This document shows positions 39,744-50,206 of a DNA stretch of 64,000 nt, one piece after another. Each line of letters opens with the position of its first letter. The first letter of the stretch is position 1. A model generated the notes under the pieces. That model was given only the letters and a program-made list of their open reading frames with translations, made no database searches and was not told the origin of the DNA. The stretch is from Alphaproteobacteria bacterium. GTDB taxonomy: Bacteria > Pseudomonadota > Alphaproteobacteria > SP197. The position numbers and the translations under genes were made by a program. The DNA lies in NCBI GenBank assembly GCA_964291415.2, contig OZ219917.1, positions 96,001 to 160,000 on the forward strand, in the 5' to 3' direction.

Positions 39744-40019
39744 GTGTGAATTCCTCCGACCGCAAGAGTTGCGGAAAGCCTCTGCATCCGGTCGAGATTA
39801 CGCCGAAACCGGAACCGGAACATCCCGTTCACGCCCGGTCGGCCAGCCAGGCCAACGATCCACAACAAGCTCCAGGGCCCGTGTGCTTCGACCGGACGTC
39901 CCGTCGATTTGATCCGGATGACCGCTATGATCTTCGGCCCAACGCATGACAATGCTGGCCGGCTGGCATCGGAACCAGCCCTGCAACCCGAACCGGACAA
40001 TCAGTTCCAGGAGCGCGCC

Positions 40020-41012
40020 ATGAACCTGACGAAAACCATGGACATCCGCACCGTCGGCCTTGTCGGCGCAGGCGTGATCGGCAGCGGCTGGGCGGCGCGC
40101 TGTCTGGGCGCCGGCCTCGACGTGATCGCGACCGATCCCTCGCCGGCGGCCGAGGCGCTGATGCGCGAGAACATCGACAACGCCTGGCCCGCCGTCGAAC
40201 GGCTGGGCCTGGCGGCCGGCGCGACGAGGGAGAGGCTGACCTTCACGCCCGACCTCGCGGAGGCGGTCTCGGGCGCCGATTTCGTGCAGGAGAGCGTGCC
40301 CGAGCGCGAGGACGTCAAGATCGCCGTCTTCCGGGACATCTCCCGGCACTGTCGGGGCGACGTGGTGATCGCATCGAGTTCCTCGGGCCTTCTGCCGAGC
40401 CGCATCCAGTCGCAGACCGACAATCCGTCGCGCGTCGTGATCGGCCACCCCTTCTCGCCCGTCTATGCCCTGCCGCTGGTCGAGATCACCGGCGGCGAGC
40501 AGACTTCGCACGATGCCGTGGTGGCGGCGGGCGGCTTCTACAAGAGGATCGGCATGCGGCCGCTTCACGTCCGCAAGGAGATCGACGCCTACCTCTCCGA
40601 CCGCCTGCAGTGCGCCATGTGGCACGAGGCGCTGCACCTCATCGACGAGGGCGTCGCCACGGTGCCGGAAATCGACGCCGCGATCACGGGCGGACCCGGG
40701 CTGCGCTGGGCAGTGATGGGGATGTGTCTCGCGTGGCACGCGGCGGGAGGACCGGGCGGCATGCGCCACACCATGGAGCAGTTCGGCCCTACCCTGGAAT
40801 TGCCCTGGACCAAGCTGAAGCCGCCGAAGCTGACCGACGAGCTGCGCGAGGCGATCATCACCGGCAGCGAGGACGAGGCAGGCAGCCGTGACTTCCGCGA
40901 GATCGAGCGCCGCCGCGACGCCTGCATCGTCGGCTTCCTCGAGGTGCTGAAGGAGCACTGGTATCCGCCCGAGGACGACGGCTGGCCCGAGCTCGATACC
41001 GCGAGCGCCTGA
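40020..41012 (+). CDS. lcdH: L-carnitine dehydrogenase-like 3-hydroxyacyl dehydrogenase
   Basis: GAGVIGSGWAAR, QESVPE, SSSSGL, HPF.PVY.LPLVE, GPGLRWA, QFGP.L.LPWTKL, RRRDAC. Confidence 0.85.
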   Translation: MNLTKTMDIRTVGLVGAGVIGSGWAARCLGAGLDVIATDPSPAAEALMRENIDNAWPAVERLGLAAGATRERLTFTPDLAEAVSGADFVQESVPEREDVKIAVFRDISRHCRGDVVIASSSSGLLPSRIQSQTDNPSRVVIGHPFSPVYALPLVEITGGEQTSHDAVVAAGGFYKRIGMRPLHVRKEIDAYLSDRLQCAMWHEALHLIDEGVATVPEIDAAITGGPGLRWAVMGMCLAWHAAGGPGGMRHTMEQFGPTLELPWTKLKPPKLTDELREAIITGSEDEAGSRDFREIERRRDACIVGFLEVLKEHWYPPEDDGWPELDTASA

Positions 41013-41203
41013 ATCTCAGGGTCGGCAACGACGGCGACCGGAAGCGGATACGGATGGGACGTCGGCGGATGGATGGGACGCCTGGTCATCGCAGAGGAAC
41101 CGTCAGGGAGGCAAGGGCACGCCGGTTCTACGCCCGCACGCAGCCTTTTCCGGAGTCCGTTGCTCTGTTATCCGTGGGCGGCAACTGAGCCGAGGGTCCG
41201 TGA

Positions 41204-41761
41204 ATGTCGCTGTTGATCGCTGGTCTCGTGCTGTTCATGGCAATCCACCTGGTGCCGAAGGCGCCGCGATTGCGCCTTTCTCTGGTCGAACGGTTGGGAG
41301 CGAAGCCCTATCGCGGCGTGTTCAGCGCGGTCGTGCTGCTCTCTCTTGTGGCCGTTGTGTGGGGCTTCTCGCGTTCCCCCTTCGAAGAGATCTACGTACC
41401 CCCGGCCTGGGGGCATCAAGCATCGATGATCCTGGTGCCGATCGCGCTGGTGCTGTTTGCTGCGGCCAACATGCCCACCCGCATACGCGCCCTGGTTCAC
41501 CACCCGATGCTGCTCGGGCTGCTGCTGTGGGCCTTCGCCCACCTTCTCTCCAATGGCGACGTGCGCTCCGTCGTTCTGTTCGGCGGCTTCGCGTTGTTCG
41601 CGGTGGTCGAGATTGTCAGCGCCGTAGCGCGAGGCAAGGGCCCGCCGAAGGAGCCGGCGCCCCGCATCACCATGGATGTCGCCGCTGTCATCGGCGGCGT
41701 CGTTGTCGCCGGGCTCCTGGCGGGGTTCCACGGCACGCTCTTCGGTGTGCCGGTGATGTAA
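41204..41761 (+). CDS. nnrU: NnrU-family membrane protein
   Basis: GLVLFMAIH, HPMLLGLLLWAFAHLLSNGD, H..LFGVP. Confidence 0.88.
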   Translation: MSLLIAGLVLFMAIHLVPKAPRLRLSLVERLGAKPYRGVFSAVVLLSLVAVVWGFSRSPFEEIYVPPAWGHQASMILVPIALVLFAAANMPTRIRALVHHPMLLGLLLWAFAHLLSNGDVRSVVLFGGFALFAVVEIVSAVARGKGPPKEPAPRITMDVAAVIGGVVVAGLLAGFHGTLFGVPVM

Positions 41762-41875
41762 TGTCCTCCTGAAAGCGCAGCCGTTTCGCGTGCGGCGGGC
41801 GCTGCGGCTCAAGCGCCGGTTGCACTGCGATGAAGGTTCGATGCCGTCTGCAATGCCGGTGCCGACAGTCTTGGT

Positions 41876-42814
41876 TCATTTGCCGAACCGGTCATTCATC
41901 AAGGTGGCGGCAAGGCGGATCGCCCTGCGGGGAATTCGGCCGTCGATGAACAGCAAACCAATTCCGATGATGGCGGCTCCGGCGATCTCGGCGAGGAGTA
42001 TCGGCTCGGAGAGAAACAGGTTCCCGAGCACCACCGCGGTCACGGGAATCAGCAGCGTGACCAGCATCACGTTGCTCCCTCCGGCGCGGACGAGAACCTC
42101 GAAGAAGACAATGTACGCAAGGGCGGTTCCGAACAGAGCCAGCGCTCCCAGGGCGATCCATACCGCGACGCCGGGAGCCGGCAGGGTCCATGGCCGGTCG
42201 ACGACCGCGACCACCACCGCAATGATGATCGTCGACGACAGGAGCTGGCAGGTCGCAGACTTGAGCGGTGCGACGCTTGCGAGGTGTCGACGTCCCCAGA
42301 GTGCAGCGAACCCGTAGCTGAGCGCTCCGGACAGGCAAAGGCCGATGCCGAGAAACCTTGCATCCGCCACGAGCGCGTTCGGCTCGCTGATGATCCAGAC
42401 TCCGGCAATGCCCAACAGCACCCCGATGACCCGGAGCGTCGTCAACCGCTCTTCCCGGAAGGACGCCATCACCAAGGCGGTGAAGAGCGGGGTCGTGGCG
42501 TTCATGATGGACGCGAGGCCGACGCTGATCGTGGTCTGACCGGCGGTCAGCAAGCTGAACGGAAACACGTTGTTGAGCAGCCCCATGATGAGGAAGGGCG
42601 TCCAGGCGGAAAAGGTGTTTGGCAGGGAATGGCCGAGGAACCACGCGAACGCGAGGAGAGCCGCCGCCGCAATGCCGACCCGGGCGAGCACGACGGTGAG
42701 CGGCGGAAGCTCGACGACCGCAACGCCGACGCAAAAGAACGCACCGCCCCACAGGACCGAAAGCAGAATCAGCAGGCCCCATTCGGTGCGATTCATAACC
42801 TTGGGTTCCTGCAT
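41876..42814 (-). CDS. EamA/DMT transporter
   Basis: LWGGAF, PPLTVVLARV, LNNVFPF, NATTPLF, TALAY, VTLLIPV. Confidence 0.92.
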   Translation of the reverse strand: MQEPKVMNRTEWGLLILLSVLWGGAFFCVGVAVVELPPLTVVLARVGIAAAALLAFAWFLGHSLPNTFSAWTPFLIMGLLNNVFPFSLLTAGQTTISVGLASIMNATTPLFTALVMASFREERLTTLRVIGVLLGIAGVWIISEPNALVADARFLGIGLCLSGALSYGFAALWGRRHLASVAPLKSATCQLLSSTIIIAVVVAVVDRPWTLPAPGVAVWIALGALALFGTALAYIVFFEVLVRAGGSNVMLVTLLIPVTAVVLGNLFLSEPILLAEIAGAAIIGIGLLFIDGRIPRRAIRLAATLMNDRFGK

Positions 42815-42929
42815 GTGAGACCTCGCTACGAGCCGCCGCGGTGGTGAAGGCGGGAACGTTGCACAAGAAAGTTGAACTCGCGTTCCGATTCTTGCTGCGA
42901 CATCCGGATTGCGGTGGCTCGCCTGTGGC

Positions 42930-43306
42930 GAAGCTTCGCGCGAACGGTCTTCGGCGCTGCGCGCGGTCATCAACGCGATCCCGCGCTACGGCCCGGATTG
43001 CCCCTGGCCCTTTCCGGCCCACCCACGCGATCAGTCGACAACATCGAGTATCAATGGCATCGCATCCGCAACGAGGCCGGATTGCCCGAATTGCACCACA
43101 TCGCCGCGAGTCATGCGGTCATGTCGAGCGAGGGTCTGCCGTTCGTCGGTCGCCTCCTCCGGCATAGCCGGCATCACACCACAGCGGACAACGCCCACCT
43201 TGCCGACGGGCGTCTCGTCGCGGCGGCGGAGAGGGCCGGCGCGTTGATCGCGCATGCCATGCGGCTCGACCCCGAGGCTATTCAGCGGGGGTGGCTGAGG
43301 ATATAG
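42930..43306 (+). pseudogene. Tyrosine integrase C-terminal remnant
   Basis: W.RIR.EAGLP..H..ASHAVM..E.LP.VGRLL.H....TT...AHL; the HxLRH box and catalytic Tyr are degenerate. Confidence 0.75.
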
Positions 43307-43350
43307 TCCGGGCGCTGCCACGGGTATCCTGACTACCGGGGAATCAATCG

Positions 43351-43791
43351 ATGTCGCCCAATCCCTATCTCTTCTTCGACGGCAACTGCCGCGAGGCGTT
43401 CGAGTTCTATCGCTCGGTGTTCGGCGGCGAGTTCTCCGTCATTCTGACCTACGGCGACGCGCCGGCGGACATGAACGTGCCGGAGTCGGAGATGGGCCGC
43501 ATCATGCATGTCTCTCTCCCCATTGGATCCGGGGTCTTGATGGGAAGCGACAGTTGCTCCGCATTCGGCCCGTCTCCGACGCGGGGCGACAATTTCGCCA
43601 TCTCCGTGGAGGGGGAGAGCCGGGAGCAAGCCGATGAAGTTTTCGCGAAGCTCTCGGAGGGCGGCACGGTCAAGATGCCGATGCAGGAGACCTTCTGGGG
43701 CGCCTACTTCGGGAACTGGACGGACCGGTTCGGCATCGGCTGGATGACCGGCTACCATCCGCAGGATGACCAGCCACCATCGGCTGGATGA
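43351..43791 (+). CDS. VOC/PhnB-family protein
   Basis: PYLFFDGNCREAFEFY, IMHVSL, MPMQETFWGAYFG..TDRFGIGWM. Confidence 0.92.
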   Translation: MSPNPYLFFDGNCREAFEFYRSVFGGEFSVILTYGDAPADMNVPESEMGRIMHVSLPIGSGVLMGSDSCSAFGPSPTRGDNFAISVEGESREQADEVFAKLSEGGTVKMPMQETFWGAYFGNWTDRFGIGWMTGYHPQDDQPPSAG

Positions 43792-43799
43792 TCGGCTAC

Positions 43800-44044
43800 T
43801 CGGCGGTTTCGCCTTGTTCGCAGTGGTCGAGATTGTCAGTGCCGTAGCGCGAGGCAAGGGCCCGCCGAAGGAGCCGGCGCCCCGCATCACCATGGATATC
43901 GCCGCCGTCATCGGCGGCGGCGTTGTCGCCGGGCTCCTGGCGGGGTTTCACGGCACGCTCTTCGGCGCGCCGGTGATGTGATGTCCTCCGGAAGCGGAAC
44001 CGCTTCGAGTGCGGCGGGCACTGCGGCTCAAGCGCTGGTTGCAC
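43800..44044 (+). repeat. Copy of the nnrU 3' end plus downstream sequence (original 41580-41825)
   Basis: About 245 bp, near-identical. Confidence 0.93.
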
Positions 44045-44255
44045 AACGGCTTTCATTGCCCGACGACCTGGGCGGTCAGGTAGCGGGATGGGAACACCCT
44101 TCGGCGGCTGGTTCTCACATCAGATGCATCGTTGATGCATTTCCGGCAAGCGTCCGCCGTCGAATGAACTGGCGGAGGCCGCCCTGCCAAACGGCTCGCC
44201 CCGCCCCGGCGCGCGGCTCTCTTGGAGAAACACCGCTGTGACCGCTTCGTGCACT
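44013..44255. repeat. About 240-bp direct repeat (second copy 46532-46779) flanking the nuclease pair
   Basis: CTGCGGCTCAAGCG..GGTTGCACAACGGC...GTCAGGTAGCGGGATGGGAACAC...CTTGGAGAAACACCGCTGTGACCGC in both copies. Confidence 0.92.
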
Positions 44256-44475
44256 TGCGCTGGTCGGAGATCCAGGCCGGCATGTTGGTTCTCGCCGGCG
44301 GCACAATGACCTCCGAGATGGTTTGCCTGCCGGTCGGGACTGGCTATCGGTTGACTGTGCTTCCCCGACACTTGAAAAGATCATCCTCGTCAGAGTCGGG
44401 CGCCTGCGAACGCGAAGCAGCTCCTTCCCCATGGCTTCCTCCTTCGCGCGCCATCGTCAAAGGAAGAACGCCGCC

Positions 44476-45294
44476 ATGCCCAGTCTGTTTGCCGGCACCG
44501 ATGAACTGATCTGCGATCGGTTGGGGATCCAGCGCCGGGCACAGCTGAGCGAACGGTCGCCGCGGGTCGCGCCGCTCTCGGACGAAGACACGTTTCTTCT
44601 GGTGAACGATCTTTACGAGCGCATGGCAGGTAACGCGCCGGTTCAACCGCAATCACGCTCGGAGATGCTCTGGCGATGCAGGCGGGCGACCGACATCGCC
44701 GACCAGAACCGGAGCGACGAGACGATGCTCGAGAAGGCGGTGGCGATTCTCGCCGATCAGGGCCATATGCCGGGATGGTTCAACCAGTGTCCCGTCGCGT
44801 CCGGGGTCTCGGACGCGTCCAGCGACCGCAAGCGCGCCGTCGATCTCGTTCATGTCTCGGGCGACGCCGCGCGTCTGGTCGAACTGAAGTGGGCCAGCAA
44901 CATGCCGGTCCACGCCCTGTTCCAGATCCTCGAGTATGGCCTGGCCTACGTCCTGGCGCGGCTCCGCAAGAACGAACTGGGCCTCGATGGTCTGCCGCTG
45001 ATGCAGGCGAGACATGTCGACCTCGATGTCGTCGGTCCGGTGAGGTTCTTCGCGCCGGACAACGGGTCCGAACTGTTCGCGCGCATCGACAAGGCTCTCG
45101 CCAAGTTCGCCGAAACCTGTTCAGGCGGCGCCTGGTCGATGTCCCTCAGGGCACGCGTGTTTCCGGGTGATTTCAACCGCGTTCCGTTCGAGGACGGACA
45201 GGCGGTGAAGGAACGGTGCACAACAACGTCGCTGACCGAAGAGGGCCGAATGGTCCGCGACGCCTTTGACAATCTGACACCAGCCATCGGATAG
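44476..45294 (+). CDS. Putative PD-(D/E)XK nuclease
   Basis: E..LEK...NQCPVASG...AVDLV...LVELK...ALFQILEYG: D...ExK plus QxxxY helix. Confidence 0.7.
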   Translation: MPSLFAGTDELICDRLGIQRRAQLSERSPRVAPLSDEDTFLLVNDLYERMAGNAPVQPQSRSEMLWRCRRATDIADQNRSDETMLEKAVAILADQGHMPGWFNQCPVASGVSDASSDRKRAVDLVHVSGDAARLVELKWASNMPVHALFQILEYGLAYVLARLRKNELGLDGLPLMQARHVDLDVVGPVRFFAPDNGSELFARIDKALAKFAETCSGGAWSMSLRARVFPGDFNRVPFEDGQAVKERCTTTSLTEEGRMVRDAFDNLTPAIG

Positions 45295-45297
45295 CCG

Positions 45298-46065
45298 ATG
45301 GACCGCTTTCTGCCAGGCGTTCCCGGCGCCGACATCGAACGTCTTCTGCACGCCGCGCCGGGCGACGAAATCGCCAGCGGCAAGTTCGACCATCCCGAGT
45401 CCTCGGCTGCGCTCGCCGCCAACGCCTTCGGGTACTTTCTCCACCACGCGCATGATCTGCCGCCTCTGCCGGGCTGCACGGACGAGCAATGGCCCGCCGG
45501 CTCGCTGTCGGTGGAAGCGACGGTTCGCTTCCCTTGGTCGGGCGGGCGCCATCCGGTGCTCGACTGCCTCGTTGCCACGCCCTCGGCGCTCATCGGCATC
45601 GAATCCAAGCGCTTCGAGCCGTTCCGGGACAGGAAGTCCGTCGCCTTCAGCAACGCCTATTGGCGCCCCGTCTGGGGCGATCGCATGAAGGGCTACGAGC
45701 GCGTCCGGGACCGGCTTCACGAAGACCCGAACCAGTATTCCTTCCTTGACGCGGCGCAGCTCGTCAAGCACGCCTTCTCCCTGCGCACGCAGGTCCATCG
45801 TCCAGGCGCACACCAAGGATTGAGACCGATCCTCTTCTACGTCCACGCGGAACCGAAGGTCTGGCCGAGAACCGGGCGCACGATCGACGACGAGGCGAAG
45901 GCCGGGCACAGGGACGAGATCGCCGACTTTGCACGTCGTGTGGCAGGCGACGAGGTCATCTTTGTTTCGTACCCCTGGCGACATGTGCTGGAGGTTTGGC
46001 GCAATGCGCCCGGCAAGAGCATCCGGACTCACGCGGAAGCGGTGATCACACGGTTTTCACCTTGA
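45298..46065 (+). CDS. PGN_0703-like putative restriction endonuclease
   Basis: SSAALAANAF, VE...HPVLD...IGIESKRFEPF, LDAAQLVKH. Confidence 0.72.
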   Translation: MDRFLPGVPGADIERLLHAAPGDEIASGKFDHPESSAALAANAFGYFLHHAHDLPPLPGCTDEQWPAGSLSVEATVRFPWSGGRHPVLDCLVATPSALIGIESKRFEPFRDRKSVAFSNAYWRPVWGDRMKGYERVRDRLHEDPNQYSFLDAAQLVKHAFSLRTQVHRPGAHQGLRPILFYVHAEPKVWPRTGRTIDDEAKAGHRDEIADFARRVAGDEVIFVSYPWRHVLEVWRNAPGKSIRTHAEAVITRFSP

Positions 46066-46263
46066 GCGTTCATCGGCGTATCCGGGACGATGCTGGCATT
46101 CGCCCTGTCGAGACCGCTTCGGAATGGAGCGAGAAGATCTTCGATACCTGAGCGGAACTGGCGTAGCTTCTGGAGAGGCACTCATATCACTTCGCCAGGA
46201 CGACGCCCGGCGCCGGAATGCCCGCGACAACCCCGGAGAGCCGCCGGACCGGTTGGTCCGCGG

Positions 46264-46531
46264 TCAGTCGTCCCCGTACTCGCGTTGGCCAATCTGGGCT
46301 GCGATCGCCAAAGCCTTCTCCCTGCCGAAGAACTCGAACAGGATATCCCACAGTCCTCTCCCTTCGCTCCCGTCCAGCATGCGGCGCGTCTCCCGCTCCG
46401 CCAGGCACGCGAACACGTCGCGGACGTGCGTCGGGACGGCGTCGTCGTTCCCGACATCGACCGTGCGCGCGGCGATGCGCACAACGCCGTCGTGAAGTTC
46501 GCACTGCTCGGCCTCGTCCAGAACAAGCCGG
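46264..46531 (-). pseudogene. Possible orphan 3' gene fragment
   Basis: Protein-like RLVLDEAEQCELHDGVVRIAA...LWDILFEFFGREKALAIAAQIG, cut at the repeat boundary; family not recognised. Confidence 0.35.
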
Positions 46532-46784
46532 GGCGGGAACTGCGGCTCAAGCGCCGGTTGCACAACGGCTTTCGTCGCCCGACGACCTGGCAAGTCAGGT
46601 AGCGGGATGGGAACACTCTTCGGCGGCTGGTTCTCACATTCGATGCATCGTTCATGCACGTCCAGCAAGCGTCCGCCGTCGCGTGAACTGGCGGAGACTA
46701 CCCTGCCATACGGCTCGCCCCATCCCGCCTCGGCGTGCCGCTCCCTTGGAGAAACACCGCTGTGACCGCCTCCTGCATTCCCGC

Positions 46785-46936
46785 CCGGCCGCGAGGACGA
46801 GGCGGGCAGCCGGGACGTCCGCGAGATCGAGCGCCGCCGCGATGCCTGCATCGTCGGCTTCCTCGAGGTGCTGAAGGAGCACTCGTATCCGCCCGAGGAC
46901 GATGGCTGGCCCGAACTCGATACCACGCATGCCTGA
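46785..46936 (+). repeat. 152-bp copy of the lcdH 3' end (original 40861-41012)
   Basis: Colinear at offset 5924, including the TGA. Confidence 0.93.
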
Positions 46937-47107
46937 ACCGCGGGTCAGGGTCGACACCCACCCTGCCGCAGGCAACCGGAATGCGGGTTCCGGTCTCGTC
47001 CTGCGAAAGCGGACACGGAGGTCCGCAGTTCAAGGGGTGTTCCCTCGATCCCGTGCCGTGCCAAGATCGTCATGAGGAGACTGCGGCGAAAGGATGCGGC
47101 GAGGGGC

Positions 47108-48778
47108 ATGGCGGATGTTTTCGACTTCGTTATCGTGGGCGCCGGATCGGCCGGATGCGCGCTGGCCAACCGGTTGAGCGAGGACGGCGAGAGCCGCGTC
47201 CTCCTGCTGGAGGCGGGCGGCCCGGACCGTCACTTCTACATGCCGATCCCGGCCGGCTTCATGAACATCGTGAACGCCGGCGAGGTCCAGTGGACCTACG
47301 TCAGCGAACCCGAGCCGCAACTCGGCAACCGGCGCATGTGGCAGCAGCGCGGCAAGGTGCTGGGTGGTTCGTCGTCGATCAACGCCATGATGTACATACG
47401 CGGCAACGCCCTGGACTACGACAACTGGGCCGACATGGGTGCGGACGGCTGGGCCTACGCCGATGTCCTGCCCTACTTCCGCCGCTCCGAGACCTACGAG
47501 AAGGGCGCTGATTCGTATCGCGGTGGCGAAGGTCCCCTGGGCGTGCAGTCGGCCGGCAGGGATTCGCCGCTGTTCGATCTCTTCATCAAGGCGGGCACCG
47601 AGGCGGGCTATTCGTTCAATCCGGACCTCAACGGCCGCCGGCAGGAAGGCTTCGGCCCCTGCGACAGCACGGTCTGGAAGGGCCGGCGCTCAAGCACGGC
47701 ACAAACCTATCTGCGCCAGGCGTCCGGCCGCCCCAATCTCGAGGTCAAGACGGGCGCGCACGTCACACGGGTGCTGTTCGACGGGCGGCGCGCGACGGGT
47801 GTGCGTTACAGGAAGAACGGCGTGGATCGCGAAATCGGCGCGGCGCGCGAGGTCGTGCTCGCGGGCGGCGCGATCAACACGCCGCAGATTCTCATGCTCT
47901 CGGGCATCGGTCCCGCCGACCAACTCGCCGAGCACGGTATCGACACCGTCCATCATCTGCCCGGTGTCGGCGCGAACCTGATGGATCACTTGTGCCTCTA
48001 CATGCATTGGGAGTGCCTCCGCCCCGTCAGCCTGCAGAGCCACATCCGTCCGCCCCGGCGCTGGCTGACCGGCCTTCAGTGGTTTCTGTTCAAGACCGGC
48101 GTCGCTGCCCGGTCCCAGGGTGAGGCGGTGGGCTTTCTCCGCAGCCGCGCCGGCGTGCGCTGGCCTGACATCCAGATCGACTTCGCGCCCGCAGCGTTTC
48201 TGGAGACTCAGGAGGTCGCCTCGGTACCCCACGCGTTCTCGGTGCACATGGGACCCCTGCGCCCGAAGAGCCGGGGCCGGATCGAACTCAACTCGGCCGA
48301 TCCCTTCGACGCGCCGAGGATCTTCTTCAACTACCTCGCCTGCGAGGAGGACTGGCGCGACATGCGCGCCTGCGTCGACCTCGCCCGGGAGGTGTTCCGC
48401 CAACCGGCCTTCGACGGCGTGCGTGGCCGCGAGCTTCTGCCTGGCGACGACATCACGACCCGCGATGCCATCGACACCTTCATCCGCGACACGGCGACGA
48501 CCAACTTCCACGTCAGCGGCACCTGCCGTATGGGCAAGGACGACATGGCGGTGCTCGACTCCAGGTGCCGGGTGCACGGCATCGAGAGCCTGCGCGTGGC
48601 CGATGCCTCGGTCATGCCGCAGATCACGAGCGGCAACACCAACGCGCCGACCATCGCGATCGGCGAAAAGGTCTCCGACATGATACGCGGCCGCAGCGAG
48701 CCCCGTGCCCAGGTCGACGTTCATGTCGAGGAGGCGTGGGAAACGACCCAGCGTCCCGGAACGCCGGCGCGGCGTTGA
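47108..48778 (+). CDS. betA: Choline dehydrogenase-like GMC oxidoreductase
   Basis: GAGSAG, RGKVLGGSSSIN, QEGFG, GVGANLMDH, H.SGTCRMG, SGNTNAPT; C-terminal W...QR tail typical of BetA. Confidence 0.85.
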   Translation: MADVFDFVIVGAGSAGCALANRLSEDGESRVLLLEAGGPDRHFYMPIPAGFMNIVNAGEVQWTYVSEPEPQLGNRRMWQQRGKVLGGSSSINAMMYIRGNALDYDNWADMGADGWAYADVLPYFRRSETYEKGADSYRGGEGPLGVQSAGRDSPLFDLFIKAGTEAGYSFNPDLNGRRQEGFGPCDSTVWKGRRSSTAQTYLRQASGRPNLEVKTGAHVTRVLFDGRRATGVRYRKNGVDREIGAAREVVLAGGAINTPQILMLSGIGPADQLAEHGIDTVHHLPGVGANLMDHLCLYMHWECLRPVSLQSHIRPPRRWLTGLQWFLFKTGVAARSQGEAVGFLRSRAGVRWPDIQIDFAPAAFLETQEVASVPHAFSVHMGPLRPKSRGRIELNSADPFDAPRIFFNYLACEEDWRDMRACVDLAREVFRQPAFDGVRGRELLPGDDITTRDAIDTFIRDTATTNFHVSGTCRMGKDDMAVLDSRCRVHGIESLRVADASVMPQITSGNTNAPTIAIGEKVSDMIRGRSEPRAQVDVHVEEAWETTQRPGTPARR

Positions 48779-49038
48779 GCCTGGGGCAGGTCCGTCCCCG
48801 GCGGGCTGACGAACCGCATAACTCCTTGTCGCCGCCCAACCCGCGGATCAGCCGGTCTGGAGGCGTACCTTGTCAGCGAAGAGAATACTATCCTTCATCC
48901 GCCCACCGAGGCGCATGCCCGGCCTCACGCCTGACGCTCTCGCTCCATCCCTTCCATCTCCGTCGTTGACGACGTTCCCGCGAACGGGACAATCCGGATT
49001 GCAACGAGGGCGACTGGACGGCGAACGCGAAGGCAGGG

Positions 49039-49521
49039 ATGGAACCGCATATCTTTGTTCTCGTCCAAGCCGTTGTCGTCGCCCTGCCGGCGGCCTGGCT
49101 TTCCCTGGGCGCTCTCGACAACATCCTCCATCCCAGTATCAACCGCGACGATGTTGCCCGGGTCCTGGCGCTCGAGGCGCTCCGTGAATGGCCGGAGGTG
49201 CGGGCCAGGGTCGGCCATCGGGCCGTCACGAACGAGAGGGTGGTCCGTCTGCTCTTCATCCTGGTGGTGATGGCCGAATGCGCGGCGTCGATCCTGCTGT
49301 GGATCGGTGCCGTCAGTCTGGGACTGGCGTTCTTCAGCCTTGCCGATTACGGCCAGGCCCTCGACCTCGCCACGATTGGCGCCCTGGGCTTTACGGCCAT
49401 CTGGGCATCGTTCCTGACAGGGGGGCAGTGGTTCTACTACTGGTATGGAGAATTCGGGCAATCCACCCACCTCAAGGCCACGCTCTGGGGACTCGCCACG
49501 TTGATAGTCCTGGCCCTGTAG
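49039..49521 (+). CDS. DUF2165-like membrane protein
   Basis: Four hydrophobic segments; DNI..P..N, RAVT, GGQWFYYW. Confidence 0.7.
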   Translation: MEPHIFVLVQAVVVALPAAWLSLGALDNILHPSINRDDVARVLALEALREWPEVRARVGHRAVTNERVVRLLFILVVMAECAASILLWIGAVSLGLAFFSLADYGQALDLATIGALGFTAIWASFLTGGQWFYYWYGEFGQSTHLKATLWGLATLIVLAL

Positions 49522-49839
49522 GGCTTCGAACTCCGCTTCAGTCCTGGCGCAGGCGAAGGAACATCCCGTGTGCCGGGCGCACCGTTGAGCGCAATCAACT
49601 CGCGCACGGCGTCTTTGCGGTCGGTGCCATGCGTGAAGACAGGGACACGACTTCCACGGCGTCCGACAAGCAGGCTCGTTTCAAGGATTGGCATGATCGG
49701 ACCAGGGTTGAGGTCGAGGCCGGGAGAACGCTCGACGGCATTCGACACGAAGGCGCCTGGATTGCTCGAATCAGACGTGGAAACAGGGACGTCGGGCAAA
49801 GGGGGCCGAGAGTCGGCCTTGATCGGTTGCCCGTCCGTG

Positions 49840-49867
49840 TTGACATTGCACTTCCTGCCTGTTCAAT
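49840..49867 (+). promoter_or_regulatory. Possible sigma70 promoter for supBCD
   Basis: TTGACA, 16 nt, TTCAAT, about 110 bp upstream of the ACP ATG. Confidence 0.35.
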
Positions 49868-49975
49868 ACGCTGCCCCTGGCGTCGTCTCAGATTCGGCGT
49901 TCGAGGTCGTCAAGGCGGGGCGCCGGAGCCGGGTTGCAAGCGGCCCGCCCTCACAATCAAGGAGATACCCATCCA

Positions 49976-50206
49976 ATGGCCACAACAGAAGATCGCATGA
50001 ACGCCCTTGCGAGGCGGCACCTCAAACTCGATCGGGACCTCGATCTTGACGCCGGATTGGCTGACAGCGATGTCTCGTCCGCCGATGCAGTGGCGTTCAT
50101 CAAGCGATGCGGCGAAGAGTTCGATGTCGCCATTCCCCCAGCAACTGTCGCCGGATTCAAGAACTTGCGGGATCTTGCCTCCTATATCGACTCGCATTCT
50201 GGCTAA
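49976..50206 (+). CDS. supB: Acyl carrier protein (SupB-like)
   Basis: 76 aa acidic; DVSSADAV Ser site; EEFDVAIP...FKNLRDLASYID; AAGGAG RBS. Confidence 0.85.
   Translation: MATTEDRMNALARRHLKLDRDLDLDAGLADSDVSSADAVAFIKRCGEEFDVAIPPATVAGFKNLRDLASYIDSHSG

Noticed and set aside
41795-46570. Integron attC array (GTTGCAC at about 41819, 42858, 44038, 46557)
   Set aside because: Not GTTRRRY, no clear attC hairpins, no IntI; the 7-mer also occurs elsewhere (19744, 25738).
34524-46936. DGR-like TR/VR pairs (RTs nearby, repeats at gene 3' ends)
   Set aside because: Mismatches in the lcdH pair include T/G, C/T and G/C, so they are not adenine-specific. The RTs are group II intron type and no Avd or lectin-fold target is seen.
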